Assembly: GCA_023898585.1 (NCBI GenBank)
Contig: CP060229.1
Span: forward strand, 247,707-311,706
Length of the DNA stretch: 64,000 bases
From: Candidatus Nomurabacteria bacterium
Lineage (GTDB): Bacteria > Patescibacteriota > Minisyncoccia > Phycocordibacterales > UBA918
Direction: 5' to 3'
Below, in pieces: positions 19,703 through 30,002 of this stretch (position 1 is the first letter of the stretch; each line of letters starts with the position of its first letter). The notes under the pieces were generated by a model. That model saw nothing but the letters and a program-made list of their open reading frames with translations, was not told the origin of the DNA and searched no databases. The position numbers and the translations under genes were made by a program.

Positions 19703-20011
19703 GAGTTAAATGATGTAAGGAAATAGGTTTTTAGCGACTATGACTAAAAAATTGGGTGAGAAATGACCAGAAAAATACACTCACCTGACCAAACCTGATT
19801 GGCTTGATCCGATTCTTTTTGACAAACCATCGGCATGTCAGCACAAACGCATACGGAATAAAACGAACCATTACCTCCGGTACTTGTCGTCATTATTATA
19901 TCATTCGATCGAGAAGTTAAACCAAAGATGTACACGATTATTTATCGTTATATAAAAAAGACCTGTCGTTTTCACACAAACCAGGTCTTTAATCGTTTTT
20001 ATGTTATTTTT

Positions 20012-20446
20012 TTATTGAGGAGCGTAATCTTGATAGGTAATGAGCACCTCTGTCCGCCTCCAGTCCCCTGCCAAATCAAGAACCAGAGCGTAAAAAATTC
20101 CTTTTCTTTCATTTTGGCTATAGACGATTTCCCCGGCCTTGAGAAATTCACACTCCACCCGGTAACTCTTTTCTTCGAGCGGGTCATCTGCCAACACCGG
20201 GCACGAACACCACTCCTTGGCGATTCTTATATCTTCTGCACCGACGTACGTCAGCACCTGACCTTCCTTGATAAAGTTTCCTTGCAGTCCGTTAATCTGC
20301 CTGAGGTTGGCTGTGGTAGTGGATTCAAGCTTGCTGGCGATGCCGGAAAGTGTATCGTCCGGCTCTACGACATAGGTTTCAGCCACCGCCTGCGATACAA
20401 AAAATACAGAATGAGCCATAACTATCGCCAAAAACAACGCTTTTAT
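20012..20446 (-). CDS. Secreted LysM-domain protein
   Basis: Signal peptide MIKALFLAIVMAHSVFFVSQAVA followed by LysM (YVVEPDDTLSGIASKL). Confidence 0.7.
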   Translation of the reverse strand: MKALFLAIVMAHSVFFVSQAVAETYVVEPDDTLSGIASKLESTTTANLRQINGLQGNFIKEGQVLTYVGAEDIRIAKEWCSCPVLADDPLEEKSYRVECEFLKAGEIVYSQNERKGIFYALVLDLAGDWRRTEVLITYQDYAPQ

Positions 20447-20576
20447 CATCATAAAGAACACCTCGCTTTTTAAATTTACCCAAGTAAAACCAATTATTTT
20501 ATACTACGAATAGCCAATTCTGTCAAAATTTCCTGTTATGCGTTAATGTTGAGGACGACTTTTACACAAAAAAGCC

Positions 20577-20618
20577 GTTAATTTGAAACAGAAGTTTCAA
20601 ATTAACGGCTTCCGTTTT
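20577..20618 (-). terminator. Terminator after the 20622..21086 gene
   Basis: AAGCCGTTAATTTGAAAC-agaag-TTTCAAATTAACGGCTT with a U-tract on the minus strand. Confidence 0.65.
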
Positions 20619-20621
20619 CAG

Positions 20622-21086
20622 CTAACCCAACTTGGCGACCCTTTTCTTATGTGCTTTCTCCCAATGTTCACGATCACTCTGGTCAAGTTCTGACAAATCA
20701 AATTTTTGAAAGTTATCAAGGAAAACATCAACGTCACCCGCTTCAAGTAACACTTCTATCACTCTTTTTCCAAAAACACCCTCATGCTCGTCATTTTTTA
20801 CAACCTGCACTAATGCAGGAGGCCAGCTAACATCACAGATAGCGTTGGCTATTGCTACAGTATCTTCTTCTGACCAATTGGTCTTGAAGTGGTGTTGGAG
20901 AAATTCCTTTACAACCTGACAGGCCATGACCCCGTCTTCTTGAATAGTATTAAGCACTATGCGAGCGTCGTATATACTACCACCATCCAACTTTACTTCT
21001 ATTTCTTTATACCTCCTATCGTGATCTTCTTGTAACGTTTCTTCGGTAATTTCTTCTGGTTTAAATTTTTCTAACATATGCTTCAT
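20622..21086 (-). CDS. Hypothetical protein
   Basis: Closed 154-aa ORF with protein-like composition. No motif recognised. Confidence 0.45.
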   Translation of the reverse strand: MKHMLEKFKPEEITEETLQEDHDRRYKEIEVKLDGGSIYDARIVLNTIQEDGVMACQVVKEFLQHHFKTNWSEEDTVAIANAICDVSWPPALVQVVKNDEHEGVFGKRVIEVLLEAGDVDVFLDNFQKFDLSELDQSDREHWEKAHKKRVAKLG

Positions 21087-21136
21087 TGTGTTTTATACTG
21101 ACAATTACTGTTCATCAGCTACAATCATACAATAGT

Positions 21137-21165
21137 TTTGACTTTTTCTTTCTAACGGCATATAG
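21137..21165 (+). promoter_or_regulatory. Sigma-70-like promoter upstream of nusA
   Basis: TTGACT, a 17-nt spacer, then TATAGT. A hairpin GACTGCTCGGCC-ctt-GGCCGGGCAGTC lies in the 5' UTR. Confidence 0.5.
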
Positions 21166-21295
21166 TTTACATATCTGACGAATGACTGCTCGGCCCTTGG
21201 CCGGGCAGTCTTCGTTAAGTAAGTTACAAAAACAATTTAATAAGAGGTGATGTATTCCATGACACACATCATGATGCTTCACGTAATAAAAGTAT

Positions 21296-22771
21296 ATGTT
21301 TGATTTGAAAGTAATTAATTCAGTTTTAGCGGAAATGGAAGAAGAACGAGGGATTCCTCGTGAGAAAATGATGGACGCCATAGAACAATCTTTAGCCACC
21401 GCCTACAAAAAAGAGTTCGGGAAGCGAGGGCAGATTATCACCTGTAAATTCGATTTGGAAACAGGGACCACCAACTTCAATCAGGTTAAGATTGTGGTCG
21501 ATGAATCAATGTTGAAACCGGAACCGGAACTGGATGAAGACGGAAACCCAATTGAAGAAGCGGAGCCAGAGGAAGAAGATGAAGAGAATAAAAAAGTGCG
21601 TTTTGATGAAGAAAAGCACATCATGCTTTCCGTCGCCAAAATGATTAAAAAAGGTGTGGTTGTTGGAGAAGAACTTGTTTTCCCGCTGGAACCAAAAGAT
21701 GACTTTGGGCGAATCGCAGCGCAGACAGCAAAGCAGGTTATTATGCAAAAAATTCGTGAGGCTGAGAAAGAGTCAGCTCTGGCGGAATTTGGACAAAAGG
21801 CCGGTGACATAGTAATCGGTCAAGTACAACGTTTCGAACGCGGAAATCTGTACGTGGATCTCGGCCGAGTAACTGCGATAATGCCCTATGAAGAACAAAT
21901 CCCCGGTGAAAGATTCAAGCCAGGCGAAAGAATCAGAGCCTTATTATTGGCTGTAGAAGAAACCCCACGTGGTATATTTCTTAAATTATCGCGCTCGCAT
22001 CCGGATTTCTTGGTGGCATTGTTTGCTGTCGAAGCTCCTGAGTTGCAATCCGGGGCGGTTGAAGTGAAAGCGGTGGCGCGTGAAGCCGGAGCCCGTACTA
22101 AGATAGCAGTACATGCCGTTGACGAACACCTTGATCCGGTTGGATCACTGGTTGGACAACGCGGGGTGCGTGTTTCAACCGTTATGAGTGAGCTAGGAGG
22201 AGAAAAAATCGACATTATAGAGTGGTCACCGGAAATGATTGAATTCATTGAAGATGCGTTGTCACCGGCTCAAGTTTTGGAAATAAAAATTGTATCTGAA
22301 CCAAACAGAGAGAAGAATGAACGTGGTCATGCTGTGGCTGAGGTTTCCGGCGATCAACAATCACTCGCCATCGGTCGTGGCGGACAGAACGTTAGACTGG
22401 CCGCTAAATTGACCGGTTGGAAAATTGATATCGTATCCGCCAATACTGGTGAAGGATTGGCTGAAGCGGACGCTGAAGGCAATGTCGAACTGGAAGCACC
22501 ACTCGATACTGAAGCCGGGTCAGACGATGATGCACTCGACAATGAAGACGCGACGACAATCAAACCGGATATCGAGGAAGTGCTAGAAGAAATAGACGAG
22601 ACCAAGGACCGCGACATGACTCCCGGAGCGGAGGATGAGGGTGAGGACGACATAGACACCCCCGAAGAAGCCGAGGAGGAAATGGCATCAGCTGTGGATG
22701 AAGAGATTGAAAAAGAAATCGAGGGTGAAATTGAAACAGAAGAAACCGAAGACGAGAAAGAAGCGAAGTAG
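21296..22771 (+). CDS. nusA: Transcription termination/antitermination factor NusA with a long acidic C-terminal tail
   Basis: NusA N-terminal, S1 and KH1/KH2 regions, then an acidic repeat (EDEGEDDIDTPEEAEEEM...). A terminator follows at 22788-22826. Confidence 0.9.
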   Translation: MFDLKVINSVLAEMEEERGIPREKMMDAIEQSLATAYKKEFGKRGQIITCKFDLETGTTNFNQVKIVVDESMLKPEPELDEDGNPIEEAEPEEEDEENKKVRFDEEKHIMLSVAKMIKKGVVVGEELVFPLEPKDDFGRIAAQTAKQVIMQKIREAEKESALAEFGQKAGDIVIGQVQRFERGNLYVDLGRVTAIMPYEEQIPGERFKPGERIRALLLAVEETPRGIFLKLSRSHPDFLVALFAVEAPELQSGAVEVKAVAREAGARTKIAVHAVDEHLDPVGSLVGQRGVRVSTVMSELGGEKIDIIEWSPEMIEFIEDALSPAQVLEIKIVSEPNREKNERGHAVAEVSGDQQSLAIGRGGQNVRLAAKLTGWKIDIVSANTGEGLAEADAEGNVELEAPLDTEAGSDDDALDNEDATTIKPDIEEVLEEIDETKDRDMTPGAEDEGEDDIDTPEEAEEEMASAVDEEIEKEIEGEIETEETEDEKEAK

Positions 22772-22787
22772 AGACTGGTCTTAGTTT

Positions 22788-22826
22788 TAAAAACCGGCCG
22801 GCGCCTAAAGGCGCCGGCCGGTTTTG
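22788..22826 (+). terminator. Terminator after nusA
   Basis: AAAACCGGCCGGCGCC-taaa-GGCGCCGGCCGGTTTTGTT. Confidence 0.7.
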
Positions 22827-22899
22827 TTCTTCTCAAAATCATTACTGGACTGTTGCCGACATTATAAACCAGGTGGTTGTGTTTTGGATCAGATATACC

Positions 22900-24084
22900 T
22901 CATTTAAGTAGCGACTTTTTGATGTATAAGTACATAGACAGTGAAGCAAGAAGGAAGAAAATTCCCAGACCAAAGAAAGCCATTTGATAGGTGGTATGTT
23001 CAATGGTCAAGCCTATAGCGAAGGATAGTACACCTTGTAGAATATTGTTTATCTGTGATTGAGTGGAAAGCAGTGTGGCTTTAAAATTACTATTCTTGAT
23101 GATGTCCATGATAAAACCACGAGAAACCTGAGTCAGACCCCACTGAAAACCATTGATTAAAATAAATACACCGGCTACGAACCAAGGGTTAACTGTAACG
23201 GATAAGAGTAAGATCAGTGCAGTGTATAAAATAATTTCAAACCTATAAAACAAAACGATGTTTCCAAAGTAATCTTTAAGTTGACCACTGTAGGCCAGAA
23301 TTAGGGAGGCTAATGCTCTACCCAAGCCAAATAAAACTCCGTACCAAATTACGGGAATTTCCAACAACACTTGGTAGGGAGCGCGGAAAATACCAATTCC
23401 AAACAAGACTGAGGCACCCAAGGAAGAGAAAAGTGCATATTTAAAAAATCCCAATTGATAACCAACTTGGACAACCTGTTTAAAATTGGTGGCGTTAACT
23501 TCTTCGATTTGTTCCGGTTTTACCGGGGGAGTGGTGAGAGCCAAAGCCACCATTAGACCAACCAGGTCAATTACTAATGCTAACGCAAATGGCGCTTGGT
23601 AGTTTATGCTTACCAAAAAAGGAACAATGACGGTGAAGATTATTGGGACAGCAAAACCAATAGAACTGGCTTTGCCCATTACTTTGGTGTAATCATTCTC
23701 GCGGTTTAGGGCACTTAGCGTTTCATGCATAAAAGCGGAGCCGGTTCCACTTAAGAAAGCCAGGCCAAGACTTAGAAAAACTGAACCCAAAATAAGGTAA
23801 TTGGTACTGTCTGCAAACAAGAAAAATAAAGTGGAAGCAACAAATAGTAGTCTAGATATGACTATAGCTTGTTTGTGTCCCAGTTTATCAGAGACGTAAC
23901 CACTAGGGATCTCGAAAACGAAGCCGGCTAGATTACCGATTAACAAAATTACTCCGATAGTTTGAGCGGTTACATCGGGAATGGTTAGGTAGTAGGCTGT
24001 CAAAATGGCTGCGTAGATACGCTTGTTTGCGACCAAGAGGACGGTGTATTTCCAAATATTGCTCTCTAGTTTACTTCGGTTCAT
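22900..24084 (-). CDS. MFS transporter
   Basis: 394 aa, 12 predicted TM helices, MFS-like G-rich motifs. Confidence 0.7.
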   Translation of the reverse strand: MNRSKLESNIWKYTVLLVANKRIYAAILTAYYLTIPDVTAQTIGVILLIGNLAGFVFEIPSGYVSDKLGHKQAIVISRLLFVASTLFFLFADSTNYLILGSVFLSLGLAFLSGTGSAFMHETLSALNRENDYTKVMGKASSIGFAVPIIFTVIVPFLVSINYQAPFALALVIDLVGLMVALALTTPPVKPEQIEEVNATNFKQVVQVGYQLGFFKYALFSSLGASVLFGIGIFRAPYQVLLEIPVIWYGVLFGLGRALASLILAYSGQLKDYFGNIVLFYRFEIILYTALILLLSVTVNPWFVAGVFILINGFQWGLTQVSRGFIMDIIKNSNFKATLLSTQSQINNILQGVLSFAIGLTIEHTTYQMAFFGLGIFFLLASLSMYLYIKKSLLK

Positions 24085-24134
24085 GCGAGTTAAATAAATT
24101 ATAGACGCCGTTTTCGTTTAGAAAAACGGTTTTG

Positions 24135-24629
24135 TTACAGTTGATGTCGAGCCGGATCGAATTGCTCTGCCAGCATAGCTACGTTAGGAAAGACCGGTAG
24201 GGTCGAAATGTCATTCTTGTTCACAAAGCGCACGGCAATACACTCATCGGACGCGGTAAAGTTTAGGTTTTCCAGTTCGGTTTCGTAGAGTAAGTTGGCT
24301 AACCAGACAGACTTATTCCGTGTTTGACCGGTTAAAAAATAGGACGGGTAGTAGGCTACTTTCGATACTTTAATACCCATTTCTTCTTGGATTTCACGTG
24401 ACAGGTCTTCTTGTGGCGTACAACCCCAATCTAGCCCACCGCCTGGCAATTCCCAGTCACCGTTTTCTTCCTGCACTATCAGAAATTTATCGCGAGATTC
24501 ATTTAAAACCAATGCTTTGATGCTAATGCGGTAGAAACAATTGGGGATTTCGAACTTAGCCATGGGTTGCATGATAGCATGATTCTTCTGAAGTACCCGC
24601 ACTTCAGCAATCAAGACTAGCCATGACAT
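24135..24629 (-). CDS. NUDIX hydrolase
   Basis: NUDIX box GGGLDWGCTPQEDLSREIQEEMGI. Confidence 0.75.
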   Translation of the reverse strand: MSWLVLIAEVRVLQKNHAIMQPMAKFEIPNCFYRISIKALVLNESRDKFLIVQEENGDWELPGGGLDWGCTPQEDLSREIQEEMGIKVSKVAYYPSYFLTGQTRNKSVWLANLLYETELENLNFTASDECIAVRFVNKNDISTLPVFPNVAMLAEQFDPARHQL

Positions 24630-25127
24630 TGTGGTGGCGGTCGAAGACTACGTAGATAGGTAAACCGAATTGGGTTCTTTGACGGGCTATCCAAACCGGC
24701 ACCACTTCTTCATTGTCCAAAACAAACTGAATATTTTGACAACGCCGGCCAGCTTTGGGTGATCGGCAAGTCGCTTTATCTCATGGCGATCGAAGAAGAA
24801 ATCGTCATCGAAGTGCGCAATTCCGACATCCAGAGACTCCTGCTTTCCATGTTCAAATTCATGCAGGACCATTCTCGCAAGATTGATGTCAACGCGCTAC
24901 TTCGCGACCTGATAGCAAAACAAAAAAGTTATACCATCCCCAATTTACGCTACAACATTAAAACAGGCCAGAATTTAGAGCGAAAAATGTAGCTGGAGCT
25001 GAGTTTTATCGAGATAAGACGAGGACGAAGCTACTTTTGTAGCCGAAATTATGACCTGTTTGTTGGATGGTTGATTGGGGATGGTATTAGGTTGGGAATG
25101 TTGTCGGGAGTAGTTTGGTGGAAAAAA

Positions 25128-25160
25128 CCGGTCGGCCCCTTTAGGGGCCGACCGGTTTTG
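25128..25160 (-). terminator. Terminator after ppa (palindromic)
   Basis: CCGGTCGGCCCC-ttta-GGGGCCGACCGG flanked by A- and T-tracts. Confidence 0.65.
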
Positions 25161-25196
25161 ATACCAACTCTACATTCAATGAGTAAGAAAGCGAGA

Positions 25197-25727
25197 CTAA
25201 TTCTTACCAAATCTCTCCACACACTCATTTATCACCTTGATCGCTTCCTTGGCGTCACCGTAGCCTAAAACTTTTGTGGTGCCGGGTTTTTTCAAATCTT
25301 TGTAAGTATTGAAGTGATATTCAACCTTACGCTTCCACTGTTCGGGCAAATCCTGCAATGTCTTTATAGCGTTACCACTATCTCGTTCGTCTGCCGGTAC
25401 ACAAATCACTTTATGATCCATCTCTCCATCGTCTTCAAAATTAAGAACACCAATAATCTTAGCTTTTATCACCACACCAAGAGGAAGCACTTCTGGACAC
25501 ACGATCAAAGTGTCCAGTTCATCACCATCCTCATCAAGCGTACCGGGAATAAAGCCGTAATTGGTCGGTTTGGCGAAAATTTCCGGCTCAACACGATCTA
25601 GCTCAAAAGTGCATTTTTCTCGGTTGTACTCAACTTTCAACATTGAACCCTTGGGGATCTCAACTACTGTATTAATTAAACTTTCTTCGAGCTCTCCTGG
25701 GGAGTATAGTTTGTTGTAATCTGTCAT
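25197..25727 (-). CDS. ppa: Inorganic pyrophosphatase (family I)
   Basis: DEDGDELDTLIV and GVLNFEDDGEMDHKVICVP motifs. 176 aa. Confidence 0.92.
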   Translation of the reverse strand: MTDYNKLYSPGELEESLINTVVEIPKGSMLKVEYNREKCTFELDRVEPEIFAKPTNYGFIPGTLDEDGDELDTLIVCPEVLPLGVVIKAKIIGVLNFEDDGEMDHKVICVPADERDSGNAIKTLQDLPEQWKRKVEYHFNTYKDLKKPGTTKVLGYGDAKEAIKVINECVERFGKN

Positions 25728-25872
25728 GGAAATATTTGGTTTAATGAAGGGGATTATATCACGCGAATTACCTTTTTTGAAACTCAGCTTTGCCTTACCT
25801 ATAAATGTTAGATATTGATAGATTCTTTCGGTAAAAACCGAAATGCGTTACTCTATGATTGTCATAATCAAT

Positions 25873-26427
25873 ATGAAAAAAATTACATTCATAACCGGAA
25901 ACGAAAATAAACTCAAAGAAGCAAGAGCCATCTTGAAAGATTTTGTCATTGAAAACAAAAAGCTCGATTTGCCGGAAATTCAAGAAATTGATGCCGGAAA
26001 AATTATCGAAGCCAAATTGAGACAGGCCTACGAATCAGAAAAAGCGACTTATATTGTAGAGGACACCTCCTTATACATAGAAGCCTTGAACGGATTACCC
26101 GGACCTTTAATAAAGTGGTTCTTGGAAACAATCGGGACAGTCGGCATTTATGAACTAGCGAGCAAATATGATAATCAGGTGGCCTACACCAGTTGCATGA
26201 TCGGCTACATTGATGAGAAAGGAAGAACTGACTTTTTTGAAGGGAGAGTAAAAGGAAAAATCGTAGAGCCAAGAGGTAAGACGAATTTTGGGTGGGACCC
26301 GATTTTCCTACCGGACGGTCATGAAAAAACTTTCGCCGAAATGACAGAGGAAGAGAAGAATGCTACTAGCCACCGAAAACTGGCCTTTGTTGCTTTGGGC
26401 GATTTTCTAAAAAATCTTAGACCTTAA
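25873..26427 (+). CDS. rdgB: Non-canonical purine NTP pyrophosphatase (RdgB/HAM1 family)
   Basis: [17 protein letters not shown]...FGWDPIFLP is the Ham1 signature. Start at the internal Met. Confidence 0.88.
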   Translation: MKKITFITGNENKLKEARAILKDFVIENKKLDLPEIQEIDAGKIIEAKLRQAYESEKATYIVEDTSLYIEALNGLPGPLIKWFLETIGTVGIYELASKYDNQVAYTSCMIGYIDEKGRTDFFEGRVKGKIVEPRGKTNFGWDPIFLPDGHEKTFAEMTEEEKNATSHRKLAFVALGDFLKNLRP

Positions 26428-26657
26428 AACATGTCCAGAAACCCTCCAAGCTCCAGAGGTTTGCAAAATTTGTGGCAAAAAATTGATAGGATTTCGAGCC
26501 ACACTGGTGTACGGTAAGAAATTATAGCGGTTTTTTGACCAAATTTTTTTGTGTAGGGTTTTTGGACATGCTCTAGTGGTTAATTTGCTCAAAACTCACA
26601 TGTGCATATCACCTTTCCGCAAGCTGGCAAGCAACGTTATAATTTACAGGAACAGGG

Positions 26658-27473
26658 ATGTTACAAGATCATTTTATTTATTATATGAAAACCATTACTC
26701 ATATTGTTATTACCCATGCCGTGTTTCTGGCTTTCTTCGGTGTAGCTACTCTGGTGTTGGCTCAAACTTCAGAGACCGAAGCGACAACACCGGTAGTTAG
26801 TACCGATGAATCATCTGCCGAAACCACAACAGCAAGAGAAGCCAAAAAAGCGGAGTTCGATACTAATCTTGAAGAAAGGAGAACCGAGTTTGAAGCTAAA
26901 AGAGAAGAGGCGAAAGCTAATGTGGAAGAAAGAAAAGAGATGATCGCCGACAGAAAAACTGAGGTGGAAGCAAACATTGAGGAGCGCAAAGCCGAACGCC
27001 AGGAGAGAATCGATGAGAGAAGGTCACAACTGCAAGCGAGGGCTCAGGAGCGCATCACAAACCTGGCTGCCAACGTAAGCAACCGAATGGAGGCTGTGAT
27101 TGCGCGAGTCCAAAACATCATTGACAGAATGGATACTAGAATAACAAAATTATCTGATCTTGGTGTTGATACCATTGAAGCAGAGGGTGCTCTGGCTTCA
27201 GCGCAACTTTCCATTGATTCAGCCTTGGCTGAGATATCTGAGATAGATGCGGATGTGGCGTCTGCCGTTGGTTCCGAGGACATACGTTCCGCTTGGATAT
27301 CAGTCAAAGAAAAGTATTCGGGTATCCGAAACCATCTCAAAACCGCACATACCGAATTACGAGCAAGCGTGACGGCTTTAAAGCAGGCGGTGGCTGAAGC
27401 AAAATCCGATAGAGAGATGTCTGAAGGAGCACCAGCCGATTCTAATAACGAACCTGTATCATCCGACGAATAG
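26658..27473 (+). CDS. Secreted or membrane-anchored coiled-coil protein (hypothetical)
   Basis: An N-terminal hydrophobic segment, then repetitive EERK and charged heptads. No catalytic motif found. Confidence 0.5.
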   Translation: MLQDHFIYYMKTITHIVITHAVFLAFFGVATLVLAQTSETEATTPVVSTDESSAETTTAREAKKAEFDTNLEERRTEFEAKREEAKANVEERKEMIADRKTEVEANIEERKAERQERIDERRSQLQARAQERITNLAANVSNRMEAVIARVQNIIDRMDTRITKLSDLGVDTIEAEGALASAQLSIDSALAEISEIDADVASAVGSEDIRSAWISVKEKYSGIRNHLKTAHTELRASVTALKQAVAEAKSDREMSEGAPADSNNEPVSSDE

Positions 27474-27508
27474 GTAGTAGTAGAAGATAATAACTAATCG
27501 TTTATCAT

Positions 27509-27937
27509 ATGAATGAAGAAAATAAAAACGTACACACACCAGACTTTGAGGGAGAGAAAATGAAAATGCCCGAAAATTCCGACACAAGACCCGCACCGGA
27601 AGAGGAAGAGTCAACCGGTGTCATCAACGGCCCACTTTTGTTTGGTCTAGCTGTACTTTTGATTGCGATTCTCGGTGGTATGTATTACTGGTTTGCCAGT
27701 TTGACTGTTTCTAACGAGGAGGAAATGCCGGTGATCGACCGACCAACCGCAGAAGAAAACAACGAACCAGAAAGCACCACAGCCGAGGCTCAGGTGGAAA
27801 CCTTGCAAGCTGTCAGTACTTCCGACGAAATAGAGGCTATCGAGGCTGATCTTGAAGCAACCAACCTTGACTCACTCGACGCAGAACTTAACGCGATTGA
27901 TGCTGAAATTGAAGCGGCATTGAGTACGGAGTTGTAG
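27509..27937 (+). CDS. Hypothetical membrane protein with an acidic C-terminus
   Basis: One TM segment (GPLLFGLAVLLIAILGGMYYWF) and an acidic repeat tail. Confidence 0.45.
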   Translation: MNEENKNVHTPDFEGEKMKMPENSDTRPAPEEEESTGVINGPLLFGLAVLLIAILGGMYYWFASLTVSNEEEMPVIDRPTAEENNEPESTTAEAQVETLQAVSTSDEIEAIEADLEATNLDSLDAELNAIDAEIEAALSTEL

Positions 27938-28163
27938 TGGATCATCTTTAAGAAATGTAAAAGGTGGGGTTAGTACCCCAAGAGCACTTACTTTTCTTAT
28001 GGTCGCTCTCGGCTCCCTAAAATTAGGGCGCGACAAATCCCACCTTTTACAATCCCACCCTGCACCACACTTGCAAAAACACAGAAATGTGCTCTAATGT
28101 GAGTGGTGTCTTGAGTTCTGAGTCAGTAATTTTCCTCGCAAAAATAAACCTTGGGGAGAACAA

Positions 28164-28547
28164 ATGCCTAATCAGATCAGTTGTAAAAAATTGTCAGAAA
28201 CAAGGAGAAAGGGGGACAATGTCCCCTGTGAGACATGGATGATTTACCCTAAAGAAAAAGGTAACCTCCTGCAACCAATCGGACTAAAGTCCTGTCAAAC
28301 TGAAAATTGGTTAAAACACACCGCCTCTTGGTGCAAGGCGTCCTTAAAGAGATGGCACCTGCCTTCCTCGATGGACATCGGGAGAAGTATGAAAAACAAT
28401 AAAGTTACAGTGTTGGTTGTTGATTTTTATGCCGATAGAGGATGTTGGGGTGACCGACAACAACGGGAAGAAATAGTCATTAACATTGCGTCATCCCTGG
28501 AAGTTGTTCCGAATAGTAATCAATCCTCGCCCCCGAACGTCAATTAG
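28164..28547 (+). CDS. Hypothetical Cys/Trp-rich small protein (low confidence)
   Basis: Has a good SD (GGGGAGaacaaATG) and an upstream promoter-like TTGCAA-18-TAATGT, but the composition is odd. A terminator GTGCCGATATAT-gga-TATACGGCAC-TTTTT follows near 28538-28570. Confidence 0.3.
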   Translation: MPNQISCKKLSETRRKGDNVPCETWMIYPKEKGNLLQPIGLKSCQTENWLKHTASWCKASLKRWHLPSSMDIGRSMKNNKVTVLVVDFYADRGCWGDRQQREEIVINIASSLEVVPNSNQSSPPNVN

Positions 28548-28692
28548 TGCCGATATATGGATATACGGCACTTTTTATTTACACACCGACCAATCTATAA
28601 GCATGGGTGCGACGTGCTCTCCCCAAATGATCGTTGGGTGAATCATTATTTGATTTGCAATTTCCGCTCATTTCCGTACACTGGCGAACACT

Positions 28693-29886
28693 ATGTCACA
28701 TTCACACACCCATTCACACGAAGTAGATTTTAAAACCGCCTTCAAGGTGGAAGAATTGCCAGATTCACAAGTAAAAATAACCGGGGAATTACCTTACGCA
28801 GAGCTTCAAAGTGAGCGCAAATCCGCAATAGTAGCTCTCGGGAAAAATATTGAATTGGACGGCTTTAGGAGAGGTCACATCCCCACTCCGGTTCTCGAAA
28901 AACACTTGGGAGAAATGACCATTATGGGCGAAATGGCTGAAAGAGCCATTGCCCACTCCTATCCCCACATAATTGAAGAGCATGAAATTGAGGCTATCGG
29001 ACAACCGCAAATCGAAGTGACCAAGATAGCTCCGGGTAATCCGTTAGCTTTTAACATTACCGTCGCCGTTATGCCAAAGTTTTCTCTACCCGACTACAAT
29101 CAGATTGCCAAAGAGATAAATATCGGTCGGCCCAAGGACGAAGTTACCGATGAAGAATTGACAGAAAAAATCAAAGAAATTCAAACCCGAAAAAGAGCCT
29201 ACGAAAAAATGCAGAATTTGGCTTCCGAAAATACCAAAAAAGTTGAGTCTGCCGATGACACTGCCGATCCATCTGATCCAAGCAAAATAGATACTAAGGG
29301 CAAGGCCGAAAACCCATCTCAATCAGAAAACACTAAGGAGGTTGACGGGAAGGAAGCTCCCCTGCCGGAGCTGACTGACGAATATGTAAAAACACTAGGA
29401 CAGGAGGGGCAATTTGAAAATGTCGAAGATTTCAAAAACAAACTTCGAGAGCACTTGGAGATTGAAAAAAAACAAAATAATATCGCCCAACACCGAGCCA
29501 ATATCACCGACAGTATCATTGCTAAAACTGAAATGACCCTACCGAAAATTCTTATTGACTCTGAAATCAACCAGATGTTCGCGCAAATGGAAGATGATAT
29601 TAAGCGAGCGGATTTGAAGATGGACGACTATTTAAAGCATATTAAAAAGTCCAAAGAGGAATTGGCTGAAGAATGGAAGCCGGCGGCGGTAAAGCGGGCG
29701 CAATTACAACTGATACTGAACGAAATTGCCAAAAAAGAAGAGATTCATCCTGACGTGGAAAAAGTGAACGAGCAAACTAAGGAACTTATGAAAAGGTTTA
29801 AAGACGCCGACGAACATCGCGTCCGACTGTACGTCACTTCAGTGCTACTAAATGAAGAGGTGATGAAGTTTTTGGAAGAAAAGTAG
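28693..29886 (+). CDS. tig: Trigger factor
   Basis: LDGFRRGHIPTPVLEKHLG corresponds to the trigger-factor ribosome-binding region (E. coli IDGFRKGKVPMNIV). Followed by clpP, the usual arrangement. Confidence 0.85.
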   Translation: MSHSHTHSHEVDFKTAFKVEELPDSQVKITGELPYAELQSERKSAIVALGKNIELDGFRRGHIPTPVLEKHLGEMTIMGEMAERAIAHSYPHIIEEHEIEAIGQPQIEVTKIAPGNPLAFNITVAVMPKFSLPDYNQIAKEINIGRPKDEVTDEELTEKIKEIQTRKRAYEKMQNLASENTKKVESADDTADPSDPSKIDTKGKAENPSQSENTKEVDGKEAPLPELTDEYVKTLGQEGQFENVEDFKNKLREHLEIEKKQNNIAQHRANITDSIIAKTEMTLPKILIDSEINQMFAQMEDDIKRADLKMDDYLKHIKKSKEELAEEWKPAAVKRAQLQLILNEIAKKEEIHPDVEKVNEQTKELMKRFKDADEHRVRLYVTSVLLNEEVMKFLEEK

Positions 29887-29904
29887 TAAAACTTAAATCA
29901 AAAA

Positions 29905-29946
29905 ACAAAGAGGCGCGCCCAAAGGGCGCGCCTCTTTGTTTTTTCT
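29905..29946 (+). terminator. Terminator between tig and clpP
   Basis: AAGAGGCGCGCCC-aaa-GGGCGCGCCTCTT-TGTTTTTTCTG. Confidence 0.7.
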
Positions 29947-30002
29947 GCAATTTTGCTAGGATTGCATCGTACTAACATTTGAATTTAAATCTGAAAAAAC
30001 TT

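Noticed and set aside
21115-21399. 94-aa minus-strand ORF upstream of nusA
   Set aside because: It overlaps the nusA promoter and 5' UTR and has no RBS and an odd composition. It is probably spurious.
24630-25127. Small ORFs 24687-24872 (-) and 24759-24992 (+) between the NUDIX gene and ppa
   Set aside because: They overlap each other, have no recognisable motifs, and sit in a region that looks like degraded sequence. I could not support either as a gene. It may be a pseudogene remnant.
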